Source of the DNA: Felis catus
Lineage: Eukaryota
Direction: 5' to 3'
Assembly (NCBI RefSeq): GCF_018350175.1
Contig: NC_058368.1
Location: 76,200,001-76,264,000, forward strand
Length of the DNA: 64,000 nucleotides
Within the stretch, counting starts at the first letter, position 1, and each line of letters begins with the position of its first letter. Below are positions 1 to 13,095 of the stretch, piece by piece. The translations under genes were made by a program, and so were the position numbers. The notes under the pieces are model-generated. The model made no database searches and had not been told where the DNA came from. It saw only the letters and a list, made by a program, of their open reading frames with translations.

Positions 1-567
1 CCTAAAACCTCCCTGTAACATCTTGGATAACCATGAAAAACATATCTAAGTACAAAGAGAAACATTTTCTAAATTATCCTGTTTTCAAATACACAGTATA
101 AAGCTAGTATACCGGAGAGGGATTCCCTGGGAGGGCTATTTTGGGGGGTTTGATCATAAAGCTTCCAGGTGCCCTCCAATTATATTAGACATTTTATATC
201 ATTTATAACAAAAGATAAAAATAATGACATTGCTGGAGGGAACTCTGCATCTTGAACTCAATGACACCAGAAACTTCTAGAAAGTGAGATCTCAGAAATC
301 CCAAATTGGAATTTAGGTCCATGCTACTGGAAGGAGATTGGAACCAGTTTGTGAACAGTTCATGGTACAATTGTAATGAAATAAGGGTAGAAAGTGAAGC
401 ATTTCAAAAAATTTATGGCAATTTGACTTTGCTGTAACATTATATTCTATTTTACTAAAATAAGAGTCCTTTATGGGCTGGAAATTGAAAAAATGAACAC
501 AGAACTTGGCCCTTCTCCACAGATGGTGTGAAAGCTCCTCTTGGAGCTGATAACAACCTGTTAGTGT

Positions 568-689
568 CTACTGTGGTAGATTTCCCGAGCACAGGGGTTT
601 GGTATCAGGTAGACGTGGGGTCACTTCTGGTTCTGCCTCTCCAGGCTGTGTGTCCTGAGGGTGCTCATTTCTCCGAGACTCAGTCGACC
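568..689 (-). other. Candidate terminal exon (coding part) of an unidentified minus-strand transcript
   Basis: Acceptor caccctccgtttgcag| on the minus strand. The phase-1 frame reads STESRRNEHPQDTQPGEAEPEVTPRLPDTKPLCSGNLPQ* (TAG 568-570). No canonical AATAAA seen downstream in the window, only AGTAAA at ~451-456. No homologue recognised. Confidence 0.3.
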
Positions 690-2664
690 CTGCAAACGGA
701 GGGTGGAAACGGTCCACACTTTAAGTGTTCCTTTGGGGGAATAAAAAGAGATAATATTTATAAAGAAATTGGCATATTTCCTGGGATGTTTTTCTAAAAA
801 GCCTGTTACTGCCAGAGGAAAATGCAACGTTTAAACTTGAATTGCACCTACTGAGTATGTGAAGAACTTGCGGGGAAAAAAAATAAGTGTGTATCATTTC
901 AGAGGATTGATTATAATGATCTAATAGTTGCACATGGATGTGAGATTGCCTATCAAACACATACTGTAACATCTAGCACTGAACGCACAATTAAATCATT
1001 CTAACACAAATACTGCTCTCTGGGTGAATCACATTTGTAGGGTTGTTTTATAGGTCGAATGCTCATCTTTTTCCTTTTCTTCTCAGCCACAAAGATAAAT
1101 ATAATGTGTGTATATATGTACATACATATATATGCACAGATATGCAGCTTCCATGTATATTTCTGGCCATTCTTGGTCAGATCAATATCCCCTGTGCAAT
1201 TTTTAAAGCAAGCATCTTGGGCTGCAATAGGTAATTTTCCTTGTCCATTCCAACTTTCATATTTCTCGCTAGACCCGTCTGCAAGTGTGTTTTATGGCAC
1301 CATTACCCAGTCCCCTTAGTGAGACGGATGGCTTTCCTTGGGCAATTGAAGCAAGGTTACCCATTTGTATCATCCATGAGTCAAACCCTCCGATTCCACG
1401 CGTATGGCCAGATCTGCCTCCAGAAGCTTCGTGCAGCCTCTCTGAGCCCTTCTAACCAATGGAAACTCTGTCTCATGCGATGAGAAGAACAATCACAAAC
1501 ATTTGTGTTTTACTTGGAACATCCAATGTGCGTTTATATACATGTTTTATTTCCTCCTCACAACCCAGTGAAATGAGATGACTGGTCTTCTCAGAACCCA
1601 GCTTCTGGAAGAGTCTACAAGTTCCAAGACAAGAGGAACTTAGCTATTAGTGTCCATATATCAGTCGCAGATGCCTTTGGACCAAAGAGTCATCAAGGTG
1701 ACAACGGCTGGTTATTTCTTTTATAATAGATTGCTTTCTGCCGAAAGACATTATGTACTCCAGTACACTAAGCCACATGCACTTCTCTTAATTCTATATT
1801 ATATTTGATTACCGGATTTTCTTTTAATGAAACATTCATAATCATTTCCTTTACAGCAGCAATGTTCTCGGTTCCAGGAAAAACAAAGATTCATTAAATT
1901 ATCAAATGCCAGTAATCATTTTATTTAAGCCGGCAATGCCACATACACATAAATACCCAGAAAATACACTTTAAGTGATCAACAAGGCTGTTTTACTGAG
2001 GGAGGTAAGCAGAGGATACAGGCACCAAGCAGAAGTGTGCTTTGCCTATGACATTTTCTAGATAATGAAATCGAAATGAAAAAGGGATGGAGAGGCGATT
2101 ATTTACAGAGTTTGTCTAAAACTGAACTATTTTGCAGTTTACACAAAAGCTGACGCTTGATGTATTTTCCTACAGTGGGTAAAAAACAAGCAAGTAGCAG
2201 AGTCAGGCCCGCACCAAGGTTCCAGACTCTGGACACCATTTTCTTCCTACCCCTCTGCCAGGCAGCCAATGGTGCTGTGTTCATGACCTAATTCCCACAT
2301 CTTGCCAGCACGTCCCACGTGTAATCCAGCGCTGTCTACCTAGGATCACTGGTGTGTTGAACTATAGAATCTGAAAAGCCTAAGATTGTGTTTGCTACGG
2401 TTGGGATTTAAGCCTGTCTGAATATGCCACTTTCTGGCCAAACAAACCAAACCCAAACTGAGGGAAATCTGCCAAGACAAACTTTCAAACCCCAAGTTTA
2501 AAAACATTGGAATTACTGTCGTGTAGCACTCCAATGTAAATGTTGTCACGTTGGGCCAGACCGTCGGTTTTAGCAGAGGCCAGAACTATGGGAAGGGTGG
2601 ATGGAAAATTGTTTCTGGTGTCATTGACTAGTTCTTGTTGACAATGGCAGAGAACGTGACTTAC

Positions 2665-2705
2665 TCGGCACACTATTACTTCTCTTCTTCCTCCTTAACA
2701 AAACC
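2665..2705 (-). other. Candidate 41-nt internal exon
   Basis: ctaaaattcag|GGTTTTG...GTGCCGA|gtaagt: consensus donor, weak pyrimidine tract. The phase 2->1 frame VLLRRKKRSNSVP joins in frame to the 689 exon. Confidence 0.3.
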
Positions 2706-2789
2706 CTGAATTTTAGTTGGACACATCGTTTCCTACCCAAGGGACTATAATTCCCAGGGGCCTTCTTCCATATTAACCCACACCACTTT

Positions 2790-3010
2790 GATTTGAACCC
2801 CATCACTTCTGGACCAAATTGATGCGACAGACTTCCAACTATTTTCCCTGCCCCCTATCCTGCCCACCTATGTATTGTTTTTCACATCACTGAGAGTGCT
2901 CTGGACAAAATCCAGATCCAATCCGACTTGTCCCCTGCTCAAAATTCCTTAATGCTCTTTATGACTTAGAATACTATAAGGCTAACTCCTTAACTTGGCA
3001 CACAGGGCCA
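2790..3010 (-). mobile_element. L2 LINE fragment (ancient)
   Basis: Diverged L2-like text (cccatcacttctggacc...cccctgctcaaaattccttaatgctc). Boundaries approximate. Confidence 0.45.
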
Positions 3011-4669
3011 ACACATGTCAGACCGTGGCCATCTTTTCAGCTCCCTCCTTTGTCATTGTCCCCTAATATATGCTATGCCATGGCAGTAGTGTCTTAAATA
3101 GTGTCTTACTTGAATCTTCCCAAAAGACCAAACCCCCCAAAACTGTTATTCTTTAGTTTTTGTAGAAACATTTACTCATTGTTTTTGCAACATGGAAGCA
3201 TCTACTGACCTTCCCCCTTTTCCTGGGTAGAAGCCAATATTCTCTGCTATGTTCTCAAAAAGTATTCTATACATTTCTTTTTTTTTATATATAGCTTTTA
3301 TAACAGCTTCTTTATAGCTGATTATTTCCAAAAGCTATATGTGTCCTTCTTGGTTCATCCTTATAGCTTGGGGCCTTCTGGAGATACTCAAGACAATGTG
3401 GGCAGTCGATATACATTTAATTACTTAATGGTAACAGACAGTTGGTGACTTGGGTGAGCTGTTGGTAATTTTTACACTGCTAATGTAAATTTCTTATGTC
3501 TTCCCTAGCAATAGGAGATTCACTGAGGGTGCCAAGACATAGCAAAGGCCTCCTGTAACTGCATGCCCCGAGTTAAGATCCTGGACATAAATCCCTTCTT
3601 GGATGGAACTTGAAATTGAGTCATATAATGTTCTTAAGATTGAGACAGACTGGGATAGAGACTCCGTGGTCTGTGTTATTAGCTTAATTAGCTTAATTGA
3701 CACTCAGAATACTTCTGCAAATAGATGGTCTTATTATTCTAATTTCATCATTTTTAAAATATCTTTTATGTACTCGTGGTCAGTCATTAGCCGAGATTTA
3801 CCGCGTGCAGATTCCCAAATTTTCTGCATGGGAACAACCCTTGAATTGATGCAGTTGTTATCTTTAAAGGCAAGTTTTCCTCTCTTCCAACTGTGTTTTC
3901 ACATATCTGTTCTAACATCAGTTGGAAATCCTTGACCTGCTCCACAGGGCATCTGGTAATTTAATGACAAGACATAGATCCAGTGGAAAGTCACAACCTG
4001 ACACTACCAGGTTTTCCTAATCAGCATCTATATTATACCAGTTATGTTCAAAGCCATAACTAGAACATCCCAAAAGTAGGTACCGTAGCCATACATTTGT
4101 TTCTTGCTTTTCCTTTCTCCACGATGTACCGAAATTCCAAAGAGAGAGAAGCCTACCAATTCTCCATAAATCCACCTTCTTACTCAGATACATGTCTCAA
4201 GTTAATTGTCAAGGTTGAAGTGAGAAAAAAGTTAACTTTTTATCCTAAGATATTTGATAACATTCATTCCAATCACAGGTTCATATAGAGCATAAGTAAG
4301 CACATCAAATGGTATTATGTCATTTGGAAGGTCATGCTCCTAGTTAAAATGATCTTGCTCATTGTTTTGACATTATATCTAAAAGTTTATCATAATATCT
4401 TTATTCCAATGTGGTAAGACTTTTCAATCTTCAATTCATTTCCTTCAAAAATAACTAGTTGTCCTTTAAGTATGAAACCATTCACTGTTACTAGTATTTG
4501 AATTGGGCGTTAGTTCTTTGGTCACTTTACACAGTGGTCACAGATTAGATCGAAGCAGGGAAGAATGGTTCAGAGATACCCAGATAGAAGCAAGGGTAAC
4601 AGACCTACGTATGACACCACAATTAGGTACCCATGTTGCTTCTAGAATGAAAGGAATGATAACAAGATT

Positions 4670-4880
4670 TATTGTCTATTTCAGGCCAGGCACGATTCTT
4701 GGCAATGTATGTATGTTACTCATTTAATTCAACATCCTAGCAGTAAGTGCATTCTCCTGATTTCATAAAGGAGTTGCCTTGGGCGTTAGATGTTTAAATA
4801 TCTTGTCCACGGTCACAGAGGTAGTATAAGCATTGGTACCAGAATTCAACTTGGGCATACTGGGATCTGAAACAGATGCT
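4670..4880 (-). mobile_element. MIR SINE (ancient)
   Basis: MIR-core-like text (ccaggcacgattct...tcatttaattc...atcttgtccacggtcacagaggtagta...agaattcaac). Confidence 0.55.
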
Positions 4881-5207
4881 TTTTGCTAAGGTCCGTGGGG
4901 TCCCTTGATAAGGCGTAAGCAGATTCCAGCACTCAGAACATCCCATCAGACCCCAACTATTTTATAAAGTGGAGATAGTCATGCCTTCTTTTTCTCTTCA
5001 ACAGACACCTATTAAGTACCTACTGTAAGCCAGCCCCTTTACAAGTTGCTAGATATAAACAATACAGAAAAGCACATTTTCTTACCAAGTTTACATAATA
5101 GTAGGAGTGCCTTGATTTTATTTGTTATGCTTTCTGCTCATTCCATAAATATTTCCAATATTGACAAAAATACACCACATTGTGTACTCTCTTGTATGCA
5201 TATTTGA

Positions 5208-5209
<2 letters not shown>

Positions 5210-5248
<39 letters not shown>
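5210..5248. repeat. (CA)n microsatellite
   Basis: About 19 uninterrupted CA units. Confidence 0.95.
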
Positions 5249-5251
<3 letters not shown>

Positions 5252-5508
5252 TCCACAAACCGTAAACAACTAAAAGGTACTTGTGTTTAATTTTTTTTTT
5301 TAATTCTGTAGAAAAGCCATGAAGAGGCTACATACTGGCCAATTGAACTGAGAATATCAACTAAACTGCTAGCACCCACAGAGTGTAGCGTGAGTGTTGA
5401 GTTTTCAAACCTGTTAAATAACGCCGCTCCTGATACATGCTGAATACCTGTTTGAGTATACGCACTTATAGATGTTTGAGCTGACTCACCAATGGATTTA
5501 AGGTGTTT

Positions 5509-5696
5509 ATATTATTTTTTTAAATTTTTATCAAGTTTTATTATTTATTTTTGAGAGAGGCGGTGGGGACAGAGGATCTGAAGCGGGCTCCGCTCTGACA
5601 GCAGACAGCCCGACGCGGGGCTCCAACCCACGAACTGGGAGGTCATGACCTGAGCCAAAGTCAGACACTTAACCAACGGAGCCACCCAGGCACCCC
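5509..5696 (-). mobile_element. CanSINE (SINEC_Fc-type)
   Basis: Antisense tRNA-derived head (gagccacccaggcacccc) and T-rich tail; perfect 16-bp TSD tggatttaaggtgttt at 5493-5508 and 5697-5712. Confidence 0.95.
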
Positions 5697-6564
5697 TGGA
5701 TTTAAGGTGTTTTTAAAATTAGTGAACAAATATCCCATGTCACAGTTGCAAATGACCAAATATATGTCTACCTCTACTATGGTTGTGATCATTGAATGTA
5801 TCAAAGTTTAATGATTTTCCAACTTAGATGTAATTTTTCTTGAACAGCAGGAATTATGATGATGACAGTTTATCTCCAATTCACATTTCCCAAATGTTAG
5901 TGTTTTGGGGTTTTTTGAAAGAACGTAGCGCATCAAATTCATGCAAAGTAGCACTATCTGAATGAGAAATAAATGGTTTTATTGAAGTTAATATTTCTAC
6001 CGATCTGTATAACTCCCTTATGTTTATCCCGTCATCCATTATAGTGACTGGAATAAAGAATAAGAAAGTAGTATTAAGACTAGGAAATCAACCTCAAAAA
6101 TTAATTTTTTCAAATTTTAGAAAACTAAAAGCATTTACATATTTTAATTTTATGCTTTTCTGATTTGCAATGAAAATGTTGACAACTACAAACATGTCCT
6201 GTCTCTAAGAGGTCAAATATTCCAGCAAGTGTTTCCAATAAAGCATGCTACATACATATCGATAAAATGGTTATAGTGGATACACAGAAAGCTAACGGCC
6301 ACACCTGTAAACAGGTAAGCACTTTTAGCAAACCATTTATTGGGCTCAGCTTTATACTTTCATTAGCAATCTTGCCCATTGCCTTGTTTGTGGTCATACT
6401 CTTTTAGCTCCTGACTGTTGACTAGTTACAAGAAATTCATGATGGAATTCCATATAAATCAAATTCCATATAAATTCACAGACCTGACATTTATTGGGGA
6501 TGTCTCCACCCCTGTAGTTTTTCTGTACATTGATAACAACTTTAAGTGGGGCCTCTGGTCTTAC

Positions 6565-6662
6565 TTAAAGTAAAAAGAAAAGAAAAACATTGTCTTTAAC
6601 CATAGATGCACAAATAGAAGTGTAAATAGTAAGAGTACAGCGACAACGAACATCTTACACAT
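6565..6662 (-). other. Candidate alternative first coding exon (hydrophobic segment)
   Basis: ATG at 6662 (second ATG at 6653 has A at -3), reading MCKMFVVAVLLLFTLLFVHLWLKTMFFFSFYF, ending AA|gtaaga (phase 2), in frame with the 2705 exon. T-rich DNA gives hydrophobic codons by chance. Confidence 0.2.
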
Positions 6663-7106
6663 TGAAAATACAGGCAGAATTGTTTGGTCTTGAGAATGTA
6701 GGGAACAGGGGTTCATGCAGGTTCTAGGGCTAAAGCATGACACGATCCAAGTGGTATTTACTTTAGCAAAGATTTGTCTGATGCATCGGGGAAGGTGGAA
6801 AAGCAACAGAGGCTCAGGCATCATTAGGTGGTGCTTAGTGTGACAAAGGAGATGAGCCTGTGTAGAGATACTTAGTCATTAGAGATGGATGTGAAGCTTT
6901 CATATGCACCGTATTCTTGGAAGACAACAATCTTCACACAGTGGTGTGTGTTGGGCTCAGAGAGACACTCGTCAAACACACTACTGCCTTCATTTTATTT
7001 GAGACTGAAAAAGAATAATAATCCTTAAGATGTTCCACATGTGCTTTTCAAAAGCTCTTGTAGCTAAGCCAATAAACCAATTAGATCAGCCTAAACAAAT
7101 TCTTAC

Positions 7107-7253
7107 CGTTTTGAGAATTTCCTGTACCTTATGCATGTGTAAACATTTAAGCCATTATAAACATTGCAAGAGCAGAGAAACACAGTTCAGGCATCTGTTT
7201 GTTGAGTGAAGTTCTCCCAATTTTCTGTTTCCACGAGTTTCATAAAAATTCTC
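7107..7253 (-). other. Candidate 147-nt exon
   Basis: gtttgttttcatctactgatacttctccag| acceptor and ACG|gtaaga donor; length divisible by 3; every frame has at least one stop. Confidence 0.3.
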
Positions 7254-7749
7254 CTGGAGAAGTATCAGTAGATGAAAACAAACAAACTAATCCAAACAAC
7301 TGTGGATCTACCATGTGGACAGTAAATTGTTATAAGCACTGTAATTCCATGATTTATTAGTCCTAGATGTCCATTACTGTGTTATAGCTTACTCTGAGGG
7401 TGCACTACGAAAGAGAAAGAACTAATTTTCTTAGGAAATAATTCTAAGTATGCAAACACACACACTTATGTATACACCTTCACAAGTCTTATAAAAGAAA
7501 TATTTAATTAAAGGGTGTTCTCTCTAACAAAGAGAAATCAACCAATCCATATTGCTTTGAATTAAGCACCTAAAGATAAGTCATTAAAAAAATAACAACA
7601 ACAACTACAACAACCCTTCTATTTGTTCTGTGATTTACATTTTACAAAGTATTACTACATACGTATTTGGTCATGATGATAGTGACCAGGATGAGTATTT
7701 CTGTCTTGGCCAGGACGATGACTTGGGTTCCCAATAGAAATAGTTTAAA

Positions 7750-7962
7750 TTTTTTTTTTCAACATTTATTTATTTTTGGGACAGAGAGAGATGGAGCATG
7801 AACGGGGGAGGGGCAGAGAGAGAGGGAGACACAGAATCGGAAACAGGCTCCAGGCTCTGAGCCATCAGCCCAGAGCCCGACGCGGGGCTCGAACTACCGG
7901 ACCACGAGATCGTGACCTGGCTGAAGTTGGACGCTTAACCCACTGCGCCACCCAGGCGCCCC
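7750..7962 (-). mobile_element. CanSINE, young SINEC_Fc
   Basis: Near-consensus, CpG-intact body; 19-bp TSD ccaatagaaatagtttaaa at 7731-7749 and 7964-7982. Confidence 0.97.
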
Positions 7963-9169
7963 TCCAATAGAAATAGTTTAAAGGGTACACTATAGACAAA
8001 TACGCACTATTTGTTAACACGGGACCTTAACTTTCAAGCATTCTGCTCAACTCCCCTCCATGACCTCCTCCACACGACCTCCATTGTCCCCAGACAGATT
8101 CAGGGTCTAAGGCATCACACTGAACATATAACATTTTCTTGAAGCCTTGTTTTTATCCTAAATATTTGTATGTGAATTTCAAATATTCTGCCTTAATGTG
8201 TCCATATTCATCATGATATAAATGGTTCCCCCCCGCCTTGAAATCTTTCGGGAAAATGTAACATGTTGATCATGTGGCTTTGAGTAGACCAGCATACGAT
8301 GTCACATATGGCCAGCTTAATTGGAGAAGCACTTCTATAATACTGAACTATCAGACCCCAATGGACTGAAGTAGGTGCAGAAAGAGTACTCAGCCCCAAA
8401 TATCCATCTCTCTGCCTGTTACCTTGGTACCCACTTATCCTTCTGGTAGGGGTGGGGAAAATATTAGGAGGCAACCGTGAAGGGGAAGAGATCCTGGTCC
8501 TTTTAGTGCACTGTGCAAACGGATCTCCCAGGGATTGGAGAGCAGAATAATGCAATCCAAAAGGAGGAGCCAAGAGGAGACACACAAAAAGAAGAACAGA
8601 GAGTTGACCTACTATGGCAACAAAAAAGCTTTTGGTATTTCTACATTCTTAATTTTCAGGTCTCACTTCTTAGGGCTATCACCATTTGCATTTTTAATCC
8701 CGACCCATTAAAACGCTTCCCTTTGGGGCTGGATTCTGACTACCATCATTCCCATACATTTTGAACTTTCTTCTGTCAACACCAGGAGCTTCACAATTAA
8801 CCACAGATATTGTTTTCTACAAAAGGGAGATTGACACAATATGATACAGTCTTATCTAAAACATTAGGAGATTAATTCCCCATCTTTGCCCTTTCTTCCG
8901 CAAATCAACCTGGGGTCAAGGGATAACTCAGCCCCTTAATGTCTTCTGATTTTCTCCTTTGGGGGACATCTAGAAGTTACTGAATTGAATCAGGTCATTG
9001 CTTTAATAATTTTTACCAAAGGCCCCATTGTACGTTCTACCAAAAAACACCTTCTATTTATTTGTCATCTCCAGTCATGATCCTGTGCCACCAGATCCAT
9101 TAAACAGGTTATGCGATGCATAGCAGATGATAAAAAATACCTAATGCATGCCAGCCCCTGGGTGAATGT

Positions 9170-10520
9170 CTGGGGTTAGGGTATCCAGGAGGGGGCTGGG
9201 CCAAAGGAGCTGCACTTGGGCCACCTGGAGCCTCTGCTGTGCATCCCCGGGGCCCCAGACCCTGGCCCTGTGCCCCACAGACACGCAGGGCCGGGGTCAT
9301 GCAGAGACACAAGAGGAACAGACAGGTGCCTATCCCACTGTACTGTGCCCATGGTACCTGCAATGGACTGAGCTGGGCCCAGCCTTTCCCCCTGTGCCAG
9401 ACACCCCGTTGGGGGGCTCCAGACCTTCCCTGTGTGGCCTAGCCCAGTCTGCCCCAGTCTCACTGACCTCAGCCCCATGTCCTGCCACCTGCTGGCTCTG
9501 GAGTCAGCACCGGGTCTCAGCAGAAGCCCAGTGATGCCCCAGAATGGGAGACAAGCCAATCTGTGGGCAGACTAGAACCAGTTCCATTCAACATTATCAC
9601 TAGTTATTTGATAACAACAGAACTCTACTAGGTGCGATTTATATCTGTTTTTATTTTTTTAATTTTAGGTAGAGAGTGGGAGCAGGGTAGAGGGGCAGGG
9701 GGAGAGAAAGAGAGAATCTTCAGTAAGTTCCATGCTCAGCGCAGAGTCCAACAGCAGGGCTGGATCCCACGACCCTGGGACTGTGACCTGAGTGGAAATC
9801 AAGAGTCCCACACTCAGCCTACTGTGTTACCCAGGTGCCCCTAGGTGCAGTTATATTGACAGTCATGCCTTATATGGGAAGGACAGCAATTCCATTGGAA
9901 AGCTGCCACTGTGGAAAAGTTGTCCAGCTTTCTGTTCCAGAAAATCCAGCATAGCAGCACCACACAGACCTGAGCCAGCCAGCCGGCCACGTTGTCAGCA
10001 TGGTTGTGGGCCAGCTCAAGCCCAGTGAAGACCCCATCATGGGGTTCTGCCAGATGTTCCCACTGAAGAACTTCAATGGTGCATGGGTTTGCTCCAATGG
10101 CATGTTCAGGCTTGCCCTGCACAACTTCGGCTGACCTCTTCCCAGCCCGGCACTCTTCTTATTTTCTCCTCGTCCTCTTCCCGACACTATGCACATGTCT
10201 CCAGATGATGGAATACCAGCCCCAAAGCAGCAGGGCAGAGGTGGGAGCGGGCTCAGGGCACAGCAGTGACAGGTATCCGCGTGGTGTTTGGATGCTAGAT
10301 TAGTTGCATCTGATGAGTTTCCAGTGCCTGCCTTGGAAAGACTGAAGTAATGCAAAAAGTTGTCTTTTGTTTATTTTCGTTTGAATCTACTGACAAGTTG
10401 CTCAGTAATCCAAAGACGTGAAGGGGAAAACATCTGCTTCGCCCCCAGACATTGATTTGTTCGGATGTCTCAATGCCCCATGATACAAAAAAAGCCATGA
10501 AATCTTTCTTTCAAAAAACC
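9170..10520 (+). pseudogene. NUTF2: NUTF2 (nuclear transport factor 2) processed pseudogene, interrupted by a SINE
   Basis: ATG at 9544 gives MGDKPICGQTRTSSIQHYH*LFDNNRTLLGAIY (NTF2: [33 protein letters not shown]). After the SINE it resumes ...[18 protein letters not shown]...[45 protein letters not shown] (TGA 10132-10134). No introns; stops and frameshifts present; NUTF2-like 3'UTR to ~10510, then an A/CA-rich tail. The 5' boundary (GC-rich leader from ~9170) is approximate. Confidence 0.95.
9645..9840 (-). mobile_element. CanSINE (older subfamily) inserted in the NUTF2 pseudogene
   Basis: Antisense SINE; degenerate TSD ctaggtgcgatttatat (9628-9644) / ctaggtgcagttatat (9841-9856) duplicates the NUTF2 codons LGAIY. 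Confidence 0.92.
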
Positions 10521-10869
10521 ACACACACACACACAAAATAAACCCAATCTCAATAAAACAAAGAATCTGGCAACATCTCTGTGGGATAAGTAACCATATT
10601 TATTTCCATTTAAGGATCAACACACACAAGTTAATTCAGTTACTGTGGGGAATCCAGCTAATCCACAGAAGAGCCAAAATTCAAACCCAGGTCTGATTTG
10701 GGGAAGTAAGTCCTTCATAATTTTACTGTCCTGTGTCTTTCCCTTTAGTACTTATCCCAGAGAATTTAAACTTTAAATGTTCTTTTCCAATGTATCTAAT
10801 GTTCCTTTAATTCCTCTTTTCCCCACAATGTATACAAGTAAATGGAAAAAAAAAAAAAGCATTTTGTTA

Positions 10870-11049
10870 CTGTTTCTTTATTTATTTTGAGACAGAGAGA
10901 GCCAGAGAGAGAGGGAGAGAGAATCCCAAGCAGGCTCTGCACTGTCAGCACAGAGCCTGCTGCAGGGCTCGATCTCACAAATTGTGAGACCGTGACCTGA
11001 GCCGAAATCAAGAGTCCAACACTAACTGACTGGGCCACCCAGGCACCCC
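10870..11049 (-). mobile_element. CanSINE
   Basis: Antisense body gagaatcccaagcaggctctgcactgtcagc...ccacccaggcacccc. Confidence 0.93.
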
Positions 11050-11690
11050 AACCAAAAGTAATTTTTAAAAAAGGAATGGTCTACCAGTGAAGAAGAAAAC
11101 CAAGAAAAGGAAGCCTTTGTACTGTTGAAATATTTCTCATTATTTTCAATTTATTTTCTGAACACTATTTAATAAGAAAAAGAAAGGGCAAGTAGTTCTA
11201 GCCTTTGGCAATACTACTTAAATAAATCCCTTCCTCCATGTTCCCTATAAGAAGACACTATATTGCTGCTGAAGTATATTTTTACCTTCGAATTATGGTG
11301 TATCTAGTCTTCTCTGTAACACAAAGTTCAGAATTCCAAGATTACTTTTTATGATACTTCTAAAATTATAAGGAATTTAGAGACAGCTGTGGAAAACTGA
11401 AGAAAGTCTGTATGGAAAAGCCACTTCCAATAATAAATAAAAGGACTAGGGTGTAGGCATGTGTATATGGTGAGAGAGAGTCTAACTGAACTGAAAACCT
11501 CCCCAAAGCAGCAACGGCAGCCCCTTGCCCTTTAATAATGTTGATCAAAAATTTTTGTCCCAAGTCATCAAAGTTGTGGCTGATTGGCTAAGTACCTCTA
11601 AAAACCTGGAAATTCTGTCAGGTCTAAGTTGAAGTATGCTAAACAGACTAAAAAAAATATCGCTTTCACCCTTAGAAAAACAAACTTTTT

Positions 11691-11918
11691 ATTTTTATTT
11701 ATTTTTAAATTTTATTTTTATTTATTTATTTTCGAGAGAGATAGACAGAGCATGAGCAGGGGAGGGGCAGAGAGAGAGAGGGAGACACAGCATCCGAAGC
11801 AGCTCCAGGCTCTGAGCTGTTGGCACAGAGCCCAACGCGGGGCTTGAACTCACGAATCAGGAGATCATAACCTGAGCTGAAGTCAGACACTTAACCGACT
11901 GAGCCACCCAGGAGCCCC
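11691..11918 (-). mobile_element. CanSINE (SINEC_Fc-type)
   Basis: 18-bp TSD tagaaaaacaaacttttt at 11673-11690 and 11919-11936. Confidence 0.96.
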
Positions 11919-12348
11919 TAGAAAAACAAACTTTTTAGATACTAATTTTCTGTAGTGTCACATAGCAATTTCCTAAGCACCCAATTGCTTCTAGGTGATA
12001 CCTTACTTTGTTGTTCATTTTATGACCATCACTGTTGTCATTGTCCTTGTCATTTTTGCTATTCCGTAGTACTTCCGTGTTCCTTTTGTGAGCTGGCATG
12101 GAGCTTGTTGAGGATGATGCCTTATGATTGGGTAAGTTCATGTCTATTACCACATGGGTTGTTGCAATAATAGTACTTATCTTCTAGATGGGTTACATAG
12201 CATGACAGTAGAGAAAGTAAGACAAAGAGCAGAAGCCTATTGTTTTGTGAAGAAAGTGACAAAAATGATATGGAACCCTGAATATTAATTGTATACAACT
12301 TTATGATCAATTTCTAGTGTCATCAAAACCTTTATTTAAAAGTCTTTA

Positions 12349-12569
12349 GGGGTGCCTGGGTGGCGCAGTCGGTTAAGCGTCCGACTTCAGCCAGGTCACG
12401 ATCTCGTGGTCCAGGAGTTCGAGCCCCGCGTCAGGCTCTGGGCTGATGGCTCAGAGCCTGGAGCCTGTTTCCGATTCTGTGTCTCCCTCTCTCTCTCTGC
12501 CCCTCCCCCATTCATGCTCTGTCTCTCTCTGTCCCAAAAATAAATAAACGTTGAAAAAAAATTTAAAAA
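12349..12569 (+). mobile_element. CanSINE, young SINEC_Fc
   Basis: ggggtgcctgggtggcgcagtcggttaagcgtccgacttcagccagg head, (CT)n region and poly-A; TSD aaaagtcttta. Confidence 0.97.
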
Positions 12570-12890
12570 AAAAGTCTTTAAAATTCCTTATCATTGGCTA
12601 TTCAAACATGCTCAACTCTGAATTAAGGTATGGATTGAGTTTATATCTTCTTTCTTCAAAAAAAATAAATAAATAAACAAATGCCATAGTCTATTTTTGT
12701 AAGAAAGAACTTTCTAAACGTACTGGCTTTAAGAAATTAAGAAACAAATTGCTTATATATCCAAGAGCCTTTCCACAGGAAAAGTAAAGATTTATATCAT
12801 TTCGTGTTTACAGTTTCTTAAAACCACTCGTACAAACAGACGTGACCCACAGTATGATTTAAAGTAACCTGGAGCACATTTTGTGCGCAC

Positions 12891-12892
<2 letters not shown>

Positions 12893-12921
<29 letters not shown>
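12893..12921. repeat. (GT)n microsatellite
   Basis: About 14 GT units. Confidence 0.95.
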
Positions 12922-12922
<1 letters not shown>

Positions 12923-13095
12923 ACACAGACACATATTTGTTTTTAATTTGTTATATATGTGCCTGTTTGAGACAGTTCACTCTCAATTACTAGCTCACTG
13001 CGTTAACAGACTGAAGACTTATTCATAAGGAAATGTATGATGTATACCCTCTACGCGGTGATAGCGACCGCAAGCAGTTTTGGGATATGACTTAC

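Noticed and set aside
7107..7253. In-frame TGA as possible selenocysteine
   Set aside because: No SECIS recognised, no selenoprotein similarity, and the upstream candidate exon has a TAA in the same frame.
9109..10355. Cluster of 80-160 aa ORFs on both strands
   Set aside because: By-products of the GC-rich NUTF2 retrocopy; the true NUTF2 frame is broken by stops, frameshifts and a SINE.
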